A stretch of 32,000 bases of DNA, taken from Candidatus Hermodarchaeota archaeon (lineage in GTDB: Archaea; Asgardarchaeota; Heimdallarchaeia; Hodarchaeales; Hodarchaeaceae). Location of the stretch: assembly GCA_048886185.1 (NCBI GenBank), contig JBHLKY010000002.1:271538-303537 (forward strand), given 5' to 3'. Positions 1 to 8,499 of this stretch are shown piece after piece. Under the pieces are notes generated by a model that had not been told where the DNA came from, did not search any database, and saw nothing but the letters and a program-made list of their open reading frames with translations. Made by a program: the position numbers and the translations under genes. How positions within the stretch are numbered: the stretch's first letter is position 1; the number at the start of each line of letters is the position of its first letter.

Positions 1-531
1 ATACCTGCAGGAGGAATTACCACATTAGGGATTATTAAAATGGCAAATATCCAAAATGGGCAAAAAATGCTTATCTACGGTGCTTCTGGAAGTGTTGGAA
101 CTTTTGCTGTTCAATTTGCCAAATCGCTTGGCGCTGAAGTTACTGGAGTATGTAGTACTTCAAACTTAGAATTTGTCAAATCATTAGGAGCAGATAAAGT
201 GATTGATTACAAAACCACTGATTTCACTAAAATGGATGAAAACTATGATATCATTTTTGACGCTGTAGACTTGTTTAAAGGTGATTATAAGAAATCCTTA
301 AAGGAATCAGGAATCTATCTTAACGTTGATAAATCCTCAGATAAAATAAAAAAAGACAATGCGCTCCCCCTTCTCAAAGACCTTAAAGAAATTTGTGAGG
401 CTGGAAAACTAAAAGCAGTGATCGATAGACGCTATCGATTAGAGCAGATTGTCGAGGCTCATCGTTACGTTGACACTGGTAGAAAGAAGGGCAATGTTGT
501 CATTACTGTCATACGAAATAATGAAACCTAA
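1..531 (+). CDS. NAD(P)-dependent MDR-superfamily oxidoreductase (quinone oxidoreductase / Zn-type ADH-like), 5'-partial
   Basis: The frame is open from base 1 ([18 protein letters not shown]...), so ATG 40 is internal and the gene runs off the window edge. It has the Rossmann motif [19 protein letters not shown] and the C-terminal [15 protein letters not shown] typical of this family. Confidence 0.9.
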   Translation: MPAGGITTLGIIKMANIQNGQKMLIYGASGSVGTFAVQFAKSLGAEVTGVCSTSNLEFVKSLGADKVIDYKTTDFTKMDENYDIIFDAVDLFKGDYKKSLKESGIYLNVDKSSDKIKKDNALPLLKDLKEICEAGKLKAVIDRRYRLEQIVEAHRYVDTGRKKGNVVITVIRNNET

Positions 532-607
532 CAAAACAGTACACTCAACCGTTTGTTAATTTCTTTCCGATTTAATACCACACGAATTTAGGATTGGTGA
601 ACTTGAA

Positions 608-1348
608 ATGGAGAAAAAATATGGTAAAAATAGATCCGTATTGGGTTATTATTTTAAAAACACGCTTAGATATTGGAGAAAAACCTTCAAGATGATGTTT
701 TTCTATGGAAAATCGGAATGGTCTGAAATTACTGTGGATGAATTACGTGATCGCTTAAATTCCAATAAAACACCGTTAATACTTGATATTCGTACAGTAA
801 AGGAATATTCAGACGGGCACATTCCAGCTGCAAGGCAAATTTACATTACGGATATAAAATCGAATTTAGAGGATCTAGAGCACTTTAAAGGAGATGAAAT
901 AGTCACTATTTGTCCAGGAGGAGGATTATCCCTGGTTGCTGTTGATATCTTGGTGGATGCGGATTTCAAAGACGTTAAGAGCCTTAAAGGAGGTATGGAT
1001 CTGTGGATTGAGAAAGGATATCCTACAACTACAGCTGATGAATTCTTTTACCCCTCTAAAAAGGAAAAAATGAAAGTAACTGAAGAAGAACAGTATTTGC
1101 AGGAAAAGTACATAGGTAAAATTCACCATTCTCTAGATGCACGTGGCTTAAGTTGTCCGCAACCTATTTTGAAATCGGTCAAATCTTTGAGAGAATTAGA
1201 TATTGGCCAAGTATTGGAAATTCTAACTACTGATCCTGGTAGTAAAGCTGATATACCTGCATGGGTACGTTCAACTGGCCATAAACTCTTAGTCTCAGAG
1301 GAATGTGGTTCCAAAGATTTCCGTTTTCTTGTTAAGCGAATGAAATAA
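608..1348 (+). CDS. Rhodanese domain-TusA/SirA domain fusion (sulfurtransferase / sulfur carrier)
   Basis: Rhodanese part: LILDIRTVKEYSDGHIPAA, active-site loop ICPGGGLS, SLKGGMDLW. C-terminal TusA part: LDARGLSCPQP, DPGSKADIPAW. Confidence 0.85.
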   Translation: MEKKYGKNRSVLGYYFKNTLRYWRKTFKMMFFYGKSEWSEITVDELRDRLNSNKTPLILDIRTVKEYSDGHIPAARQIYITDIKSNLEDLEHFKGDEIVTICPGGGLSLVAVDILVDADFKDVKSLKGGMDLWIEKGYPTTTADEFFYPSKKEKMKVTEEEQYLQEKYIGKIHHSLDARGLSCPQPILKSVKSLRELDIGQVLEILTTDPGSKADIPAWVRSTGHKLLVSEECGSKDFRFLVKRMK

Positions 1349-2040
1349 AGTTAAATCATAATTGGTACAGGAATGGTAGCATATCTAACATCAGAAATCT
1401 TAAAGGATTGGTAGAAGAGAACAGGGTCTTCGAAATATTATTCTATATTCCTCTTCATCTTAGTATGTTTGAACTCGTTCTAACTGCTTTTCTCACTCAT
1501 CTGGATAGAGAAGACCGAGCTTGGCCTCTTAACATTTGTATATCAGTATAATCTCTCAGTCCAAGCCATTAAATGTCGCGATGACTGATAACTAAGAATT
1601 AAGCACCTTGTGACGATTTCTTTTTTTTCTTATCTTACTGTCAGAATAATAATATAAAAAATAATTTAAAACCAACAATCAATCTAATAAGCATTTGTAA
1701 GATGAAGTTAATTTGTACTATTGAGTGTGAATCGGCATTCTTACAGTATAAGATATTATTCACACATTCTGAGACATAAAAGTAGTAAGTAAAATTATTA
1801 AAATCAGTAGATATTCATTTTCGCCTTGATACCAGTCATATCTATACTTGGATATTTGATATTTTTATCAAGAAAAGACAAGGAGAGAAGTAAACATCAG
1901 TAAGTACTGAAGCGAGAAATATAATTGAGTAATTGATGTCTAATCGGTCTTCTATTGAATTAAACATAAAGCAAATGCAGATGACGACAGAGTCAATACC
2001 ATTGCTAACTTAAATACTTCTATCCCTAAAAGTTCATTTA

Positions 2041-3186
2041 TCACAGTTCTGTTACTTTCTCAAGATCGTAGGGGTAACTTGTTAAAGTTAATGGTTTATC
2101 TTTGCCAATTACAACCGTATCTTCTATTCTCACACCCCAAGTCTTGGTATAGATCCCACAATTACCAATGGCAATAGGAATGTTTTTTACTAGAGGTGGA
2201 GGAGCTTTTTCACCATGAAAGAAGGCATGACCAGGTGGTAAGGGAGCTTCTTCGAAGTTTATTCCAATACCATGAATGGGTGGGCCAAAGATGTTGTTTC
2301 CATACCCCGCATCTTGTATTACACCATGAAGTGTTTTTTCAAGCTCAACCATTCCGATTCCAGTAATAGCTTTTGCTATAGTGATTTTTAATGCTTCTAG
2401 GTATACTTCATATGCCTTGAGTTGTTGAGTAGATGGTTTTCCAACACAAGCCATCCGACAGATATCCGATGAATAGTTGTTTACGATTGGATGAAAGTCG
2501 ATCATTATGATATCTCCAACTTGAACCCTGTAATTGGTTGGAATGCCATGAGCAATGCGTGTTCTTATACCACTCGCCACGTAAGAACGCCAAAAGCCTT
2601 CAGCCCCAGCTTGACGCATAGCATATTCACCTTCTCCTGCGATTTGACTTTCAGTTATACCAGCTTTAATTGAAGCTATTGCAGCTTCCATTCCAATATC
2701 AGCAATTTTAGCAGCTTCCTGCATCAGTTTAATTTCGATAGGCTCCTTAATCATCCTCATTTGGGACAAGATATTCGTACAATCTTTGACTGTTACCATA
2801 TCAGGTTTAGCGTGTGGATGAGTCATCATACCAAGCATCGACTTAGTTAGAAAAGTATATTCCATACCAACTGTGCCTTTACTGATCTCGAATTGTTTAA
2901 AAAAATTGGCTATGGAATGAATCATTCCTATTTCATCTCTAAAAGTAGCAAGATGATCGAAGCGTGCTAATTCTCGCACATCGTCTTTATCTGTTTCTGG
3001 TACTCCAAGTGCGACTTGCCCATCCACAGTAATCATAGTATAAGCACATAGACGTCCGTCACCAGTCAAAAAATACATGTTAGAGGGTTTGGTCAAAAGT
3101 AGAAGATCTAAATCTTCATTAATCATAAGTTGATTGCATTTCTCTATCCGTTTTTCAAATACTTGCTTATTAATGGTATATTCCAT
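2041..3186 (-). CDS. M24 family (Xaa-Pro peptidase / creatinase fold) protein with an atypical active site
   Basis: N-terminal creatinase-like domain, then RMIKEPIEI, IDFHPIVNNYSSDICR, HGIG and GVRIEDTV. Confidence 0.88.
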   Translation of the reverse strand: MEYTINKQVFEKRIEKCNQLMINEDLDLLLLTKPSNMYFLTGDGRLCAYTMITVDGQVALGVPETDKDDVRELARFDHLATFRDEIGMIHSIANFFKQFEISKGTVGMEYTFLTKSMLGMMTHPHAKPDMVTVKDCTNILSQMRMIKEPIEIKLMQEAAKIADIGMEAAIASIKAGITESQIAGEGEYAMRQAGAEGFWRSYVASGIRTRIAHGIPTNYRVQVGDIIMIDFHPIVNNYSSDICRMACVGKPSTQQLKAYEVYLEALKITIAKAITGIGMVELEKTLHGVIQDAGYGNNIFGPPIHGIGINFEEAPLPPGHAFFHGEKAPPPLVKNIPIAIGNCGIYTKTWGVRIEDTVVIGKDKPLTLTSYPYDLEKVTEL

Positions 3187-3243
3187 CTTAAATGCACTTC
3201 TTTAAATAATTTGAATAGGTACTTCTTGTTTAGCTGATACAAC

Positions 3244-4428
3244 TCACTTTAATATCCCTAGCTCTTGATGTTTAGTCACTATAACATCAATTAACCGATC
3301 AATTGCGTGGAAATCCTCTTCATTAGGTTTACCTTTAATTACTACAGGTTCGAGTAATTCAACCTTAAGATTAGGTAGCAAGCTCACAATCTGATCCACA
3401 AGCTTTCCCTTCCACCCATAGGAACCAATAACAGTAGCAAATTTCGCTTTGGGTCGTATGAGATTTGCAAGGTAGGTCCCATAGATAACAGCTGGATGTG
3501 CTCCTGTGAGAACCGTGGGTGAACCAATGACGATCGTGGCAGCATCGACAAGCGCCATTGCCAACTCACCAATGTCAGTAGTAGTCAACATAAATGGTTT
3601 GACTATTATTCCTTTTTTAATAAGTCCTTCCGCAAGATATTTCACCAACTTCTCCGTACTACCGTACATAGAGACATAGGGGATAACTACCTCGTTTTTC
3701 ACGGCATCAGAGACCCAATCTTTGTAGGCATCAATGATGAAACTTGGTTCATTATAGATTAATCCATGACTTGTAGCCACTAGGTCAAAATCTATGTTCC
3801 TAATAATTTCCAAATGTTTTTCAATTATCTTTCTAAAGGGCATCATTATTTCCGCATAATATCGTTTTGCCGCGTTATACACTCGAGTATCATTAGTGGA
3901 ATAAATCTCACTAGAAGCAATATGATTTCCCAAGAAATCACAAGTGAAGAGGATTTTTTCTTCAGGTAAATAAGTAAACATGGTTTCTGGCCAGTGAACC
4001 CATGGCGCAACGATGAATTTTAATGTATAATTTCCTAAATCAAGTGTACTCCCATCTGTTACTGTAAGAAATTGTTCTGTAGGAATATGAAGTAAATCTA
4101 CTAGAATATCCTTGCATTTTTCAGTACAAACAACTTTTGCATCAGAATATATTTCTAATACGGCTGGGATAGCTCCTGAATGATCAGGCTCAGCATGATT
4201 AGCAATGATATAGTCAAGCTTGCTTAAAGCTAAATCACGCAAATCTTTTAGGAAAGGCTCAATTTTCCTGATATCCGAGGAATCAATCAACGCTATTTGA
4301 TCTGTTCCTTTAATAACATATGCATTATAACTCGTCCCATCGGGTAAAGGAATCAGTTCATCAAACAGACGTCTTTCCCAATCTAGTGTACTCAACATGT
4401 GAATATGTGGTTTTAATTCAACTAACAT
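3244..4428 (-). CDS. fprA: Flavodiiron protein (FprA / type A flavoprotein)
   Basis: GTSYNAY, HAEPDHSG, HWPETM, FTCDFLG, SHG and a flavodoxin domain (YVSMYGSTE, GSPT, GSYGW). I prefer ATG 4428 over 4455 because it is preceded by AAGGAG. Confidence 0.92.
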   Translation of the reverse strand: MLVELKPHIHMLSTLDWERRLFDELIPLPDGTSYNAYVIKGTDQIALIDSSDIRKIEPFLKDLRDLALSKLDYIIANHAEPDHSGAIPAVLEIYSDAKVVCTEKCKDILVDLLHIPTEQFLTVTDGSTLDLGNYTLKFIVAPWVHWPETMFTYLPEEKILFTCDFLGNHIASSEIYSTNDTRVYNAAKRYYAEIMMPFRKIIEKHLEIIRNIDFDLVATSHGLIYNEPSFIIDAYKDWVSDAVKNEVVIPYVSMYGSTEKLVKYLAEGLIKKGIIVKPFMLTTTDIGELAMALVDAATIVIGSPTVLTGAHPAVIYGTYLANLIRPKAKFATVIGSYGWKGKLVDQIVSLLPNLKVELLEPVVIKGKPNEEDFHAIDRLIDVIVTKHQELGILK

Positions 4429-4433
4429 TTTTT

Positions 4434-4439
4434 CTCCTT
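4434..4439 (-). promoter_or_regulatory. Shine-Dalgarno-like motif for fprA
   Basis: The minus strand reads GAAGGAGAAAAA-ATG, with ATG at 4428. Confidence 0.5.
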
Positions 4440-4566
4440 CTTGAATCTGTATCAATGAATTCCAAAATTTCTGGATTTAAATCCATTTCAAGTTTTTTTG
4501 TATACTCACCCATTGTATATATTTTTCTTAGTCTGTTTTTTAACTTAACATTCATCATCCAATATT

Positions 4567-5334
4567 ATGGCGGAATTTACACCTAGCGATATCGGGAGTC
4601 AATTAAAAATAGCTGGAAGATTAGATTCACAACCATTGTGCGTCTATGGAGCAGACTCTCCCCCCGTTGACTCTATTCCATCTGTTGACATGAATCGGTG
4701 CATTGCTAAGGCTATTTTTTCATTGGCTACTGAATCGGATAACTCAATAATCCATATTGGAAGGAACAAAACGAAAGAATGCTGTCCTGGGGGGCAGGCT
4801 TGGTTTGGTTTCCAGTCATTCATGACTCACTTGAACTCCTTTCTGTCTACAGGATCCCCTTCTTTTCGGAATGGCCGCTCTGAGTTTCTCATAGCTACTC
4901 CCGATTTAGCAGAAAAAAGATTACAATCTATTGGTAAAATTACTCCCCTAGGAAAATACATTATAATTCAGAGGAGTGATCACATAGATGTAGTGAATTC
5001 TAAATTAAAGCTATTTTTATGCTTTGGAAATGCTGAACAGATAAGAAATCTCTGTTCGTTAGTATATTTTGGTTCACAAACTGCTCACGAAATCTATTTT
5101 CCTTGGGGGCCATCATGTGCCTCATTTATTTCTTACCCTGCAGGAATGATTGAAAATTGTCCTAACAATGCTGTTATTCTAGGACCCACGGATCCTACAG
5201 GAAATTATTGGTTTCCTCAAGATTATTTATCGATGGGAATTCCTTTCATCATTGCTAAGAAAATGGCTGAAGATTTAGCCTCTTCTTTTATCATGAAACG
5301 CCCTAAAGTAGCTTATCCCATACAAAGAGAATAG
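4567..5334 (+). CDS. DUF169 family protein
   Basis: Family-like pattern: PLCVY, RCIAKAI, CPGGQAWFGF, LCFGNAEQI, SCA, D-x-T-G, SMGIP. It is divergent from fprA. Confidence 0.72.
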   Translation: MAEFTPSDIGSQLKIAGRLDSQPLCVYGADSPPVDSIPSVDMNRCIAKAIFSLATESDNSIIHIGRNKTKECCPGGQAWFGFQSFMTHLNSFLSTGSPSFRNGRSEFLIATPDLAEKRLQSIGKITPLGKYIIIQRSDHIDVVNSKLKLFLCFGNAEQIRNLCSLVYFGSQTAHEIYFPWGPSCASFISYPAGMIENCPNNAVILGPTDPTGNYWFPQDYLSMGIPFIIAKKMAEDLASSFIMKRPKVAYPIQRE

Positions 5335-5536
5335 TATTCAACAAATGTTAATCATCTTTGTATTCAAATATTAACTAATGAGAGAATCACCAGATTTGTT
5401 TATCTTTCCTTGCTTTTTTTTTCATTAAGGAGAATTTCTTTAGTTCACCTTATTAACTCTTACTCATATAGTACACAGAGTATAAACCCCTAGGGGTGTG
5501 ATATAGTTGCTCTTTGGCTTAATTGGAGGATGCACA

Positions 5537-6076
5537 ATGGGTGAGAGAATACCTCATGAATCTCAAACGACTCATATTGTGTTCTTTAATTATTCTCTTT
5601 GTTGTCTTCCTTCAGTAGATGAAATGATAGGGGGATTGGATGAAGCGTGGCGAGTTCTGACGCCACTAGGGATATTAGTCAATTTTTATCCATTCATATC
5701 GCCATCACAACTTTTTACCCAGATCAATACAGCAGAACAGATGATAGCTACTCCAATTTTTGAGAGTATGAGATTTGATGAGGGGTATGCGTTCAAAAAT
5801 GCAGTAATTTTGAGGGGATTTGAGCTTTTTACTGAAGAACACATAACAGTGAAATCCTTTTATTCAACGCAAATCACGGCAATGGAAGAAATATTGACAA
5901 GAAGAAGTGTAGAATATCTAGGATTTGACCAATGTCTTAATTATTCTATTTCCAAAATGATTGGGCTGTTTGTAACAACCCAAAAGAAACCAAAATGGTT
6001 TCCATTTCGAAAAGATGATTATTTCACACTCATATGCCAGATTTTTGTAAAGCGGAGTTGTCAAACGAAAAACTAA
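5537..6076 (+). pseudogene. N-terminally truncated class I SAM-dependent methyltransferase-like ORF
   Basis: GERIPHESQTTHIVFFNYSL...LDEAWRVLTPLGIL matches the post-motif-I core (E-x-lP...E-x-x-RVLkPgG). No DxGxG motif I is present and an in-frame TAG lies at 5504-5506. GGAGG precedes ATG 5537. It could instead be a real short gene. Confidence 0.5.
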
Positions 6077-6651
6077 AAGAATTGATACCAGTATATGTTT
6101 TAATCAATTCTTAATCATTTTATTTCTTTATCTAACGTATCAATAAGAATAAAACTATGTTACATCTAGTTCTATTATCTAAAATTAAACTTAAAACTGT
6201 GAAATTTCCCTCAAAATCACAATCATAACTGGTAAATATATATCCCATTAAATTTGATATTCTTCCTCTTTTTCTCATCGTATTACAACCTCCTCCCTTG
6301 AATAAAAATGGAGGAAGAATTGTTACAGAAAGAATCCCTCCAATAGTAGTTAATCTAGGTATATTAAATAAAAGAGGAAATTACAAAGGTTATTTACCTT
6401 TTTTTCCTAGTTAAGAATACTGGAGGAGAGGTTGGCCAATAAGGATAGGGATGATACTAGAATTCTTGTTTAACGACCTGGAGGAATGCTTATGAGTTTA
6501 AAAAAGGTGAAGGAGAAACCTCCAAAAGGCCAAAACTTGTTTTAAAACGTAAAATTATTTAAGGATTTAGATTGTGGAATAAGTAAGCTTTTAAGAGTTG
6601 GAATGATATAATGAAACAAATTCTACTCATATGCACAAGGTTTTGTAAGTT

Positions 6652-7464
6652 GTGAGAAGTGTAAAACAATGTCAATATTGTGGAAGAGTACTTACAGATT
6701 ATAGTACTTTAACTATCTTATGGTCTTATATAATCGCTAGAGATCATCCTCGTCGAGCATGGTTTGAAGGTTATTGCTCTGGTGGATGCCTAACAAGAGA
6801 TCGCATGAATAAGAATCCACTAAAACCTTTTATGATATCTATGGGATTGATTTTGGTCGCTTTTGTCATCTTTTCATATTATGAGTTTTATAATGACGAA
6901 AACCTATTTCCATTCTGGTGGGGTTTTCATATTATATTTAGATCATTAGATCTATTTCTCTCTTGGATTATTGGAAACATTATCTTGATATACGGTTTTT
7001 TCTCCTTATTTGTTAATATCTATTACTTTTTTTCAGAGAGATTAAGATCTAAAAGTGAAAAAATATCTATTGAACACCAGATCAGAGATGTAGAACATGA
7101 TCTCGATACTGCCAAACAAGAAATAAATGCAAGAAATTTTAAAGATGCTATCGCGAGACTTAAGAATTTAGAGAGCAACCTACTCCTTACACCTGATGGG
7201 AAAAAGAGGATGCGATCCTTACTTGCTCAATGTTATTTCCAGCAAAAAGACTATCCAGATGCATATTATAATTTACAACTACTAGCAAGACAATCCCAAT
7301 TGACCATAAATGATTATATTAGAAAAATCCAATGTGAGAGCTATTTAGATTTACCTCAACAAAGACACCAAACATTAGAGGAGGCTTTTGTGAAATTTCC
7401 TGGCCATCCTGAGCTGAAAGTCCTCATGATTGAGAAAAATGGAATAAATAACGTTAAAATGTAA
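6652..7464 (+). CDS. Hypothetical membrane protein: N-terminal CxxC...YCSxxC metal-binding motif, 2 TM helices, C-terminal helical/TPR-like region
   Basis: CQYC and YCSGGC; hydrophobic segments FMISMGLILVAFVIFSYY and LFLSWIIGNIILIYGFFSLFVNIYYFF; LLAQCYFQQKDYPDAY is TPR-like. GTG start. Confidence 0.7.
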   Translation: MRSVKQCQYCGRVLTDYSTLTILWSYIIARDHPRRAWFEGYCSGGCLTRDRMNKNPLKPFMISMGLILVAFVIFSYYEFYNDENLFPFWWGFHIIFRSLDLFLSWIIGNIILIYGFFSLFVNIYYFFSERLRSKSEKISIEHQIRDVEHDLDTAKQEINARNFKDAIARLKNLESNLLLTPDGKKRMRSLLAQCYFQQKDYPDAYYNLQLLARQSQLTINDYIRKIQCESYLDLPQQRHQTLEEAFVKFPGHPELKVLMIEKNGINNVKM

Positions 7465-7509
7465 TACAATTTGCATTAAGTCTTGAAAGGAAGGTCTTAG
7501 GGGCCTAGG

Positions 7510-8271
7510 ATGAAGGTTAAGAAAATAACTTTAGACGATTTGGATTCAACTTATTGTTGTGTGAACGAAGCACACCCTGGTGCATTATGGACCAAAGGTT
7601 TACCTGAAGCTAGAGAATGGTTTAAAGCACACTTAAATAACGAAGTTGAGGGATATCATTTATTTGATGGAGACAAAGTTGTAGGGTTCATATATTATTC
7701 AACATCAGAAAGAGCTCTTGTTCCCTACGAAATTGAACCACGAGTAGCCTGTATTTATTGCACAGAAATACTACGTGACTATAAGCACAAGGGAAATGGT
7801 AAATTGATGTTTGATTATGTAAAGACTGATCTATTTACAAATAGATTTAAAGGTATAATGGTTGCTGCTACTGATTTTAAAGAATGGATGTATTATGAAC
7901 TCTTTCTCAAACAAAAATTTCAGGTAATTAAAGAATGTACTCCCTATAAAGTAATGTATTTTCCTCTCTTACAACAAAACATCGATGTTAGTCCTTTAGA
8001 AATAAATTTTACTCCAATGGGGGATAGGATCGAAATAACATTATTTAAACATTTTTTCTGTCCTGCAGGAGTTTACATGTATAATTTAATAAAAAAAGTT
8101 GCCAATAAATTTGAGGATAAGGTTAATTTAATAGAAATGGAAGCAACAACGCATACAATGAAAAAATATGGAACAATAGAGCCTTTAATCAACGGTAAAA
8201 TAAAAATATTGGGGCCTACTTCTGAAGAAGAAGTAATAAAATCTATCCAAGAAGAAATTGATCAATTCTAG
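7510..8271 (+). CDS. YoaP-like GNAT acetyltransferase with a C-terminal thioredoxin-like domain
   Basis: VVGFIYY, IYCTEILRDYKHKGNGKLMF (acetyl-CoA binding motif A) and FLKQKF; C-terminal ITLFKHFFCP...KVNLIEM...LINGK. Confidence 0.7.
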   Translation: MKVKKITLDDLDSTYCCVNEAHPGALWTKGLPEAREWFKAHLNNEVEGYHLFDGDKVVGFIYYSTSERALVPYEIEPRVACIYCTEILRDYKHKGNGKLMFDYVKTDLFTNRFKGIMVAATDFKEWMYYELFLKQKFQVIKECTPYKVMYFPLLQQNIDVSPLEINFTPMGDRIEITLFKHFFCPAGVYMYNLIKKVANKFEDKVNLIEMEATTHTMKKYGTIEPLINGKIKILGPTSEEEVIKSIQEEIDQF

Positions 8272-8275
8272 TAGT

Positions 8276-8398
8276 GTTCTCGTAAAGCTGGTGAGAGGAA
8301 GAATGATATTAGAAGAAAAGTTGATGACTCAGATATTTGGGGAAGAATCTCTAGACCAAATGAAACACACAAAGCCAGGAATTCCTTTTATTTACTAA
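8276..8398 (+). pseudogene. 3' remnant of an isoprenylcysteine carboxyl methyltransferase (ICMT/PEMT) family gene
   Basis: My translation is VLVKLVRGRMILEEKLMTQIFGEESLDQMKHTKPGIPFIY* (TAA 8396-8398). It matches the family C-terminal consensus R-x-x-x-EE-x-x-L-x-x-x-FGEEY-x-x-Y-x-K-x-T-x-x-x-IPFIY. The N-terminal TM part is absent. Confidence 0.58.
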
Positions 8399-8499
8399 AA
8401 TATCATGTCTTGGAGTCCTGAAATGCCTAAAAGAAACTATAACGACTGACATGAATAAAAAAACTAGATATAGGAAGATAATCGCAATTAGGGGATCTC

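Noticed and set aside
1575-1614. SECIS-like look-alike (GTCGCG-ATGA...TGTGAC) downstream of the rhodanese-TusA gene
   Set aside because: The upper stem and the 3' GA of the kink-turn core do not pair, and no upstream gene has an in-frame TGA at a Cys position.
1349-2040. Long stop-free plus-strand frame and protein-like minus-strand fragments in the 690-bp convergent spacer
   Set aside because: No start or RBS and no recognisable family motif.
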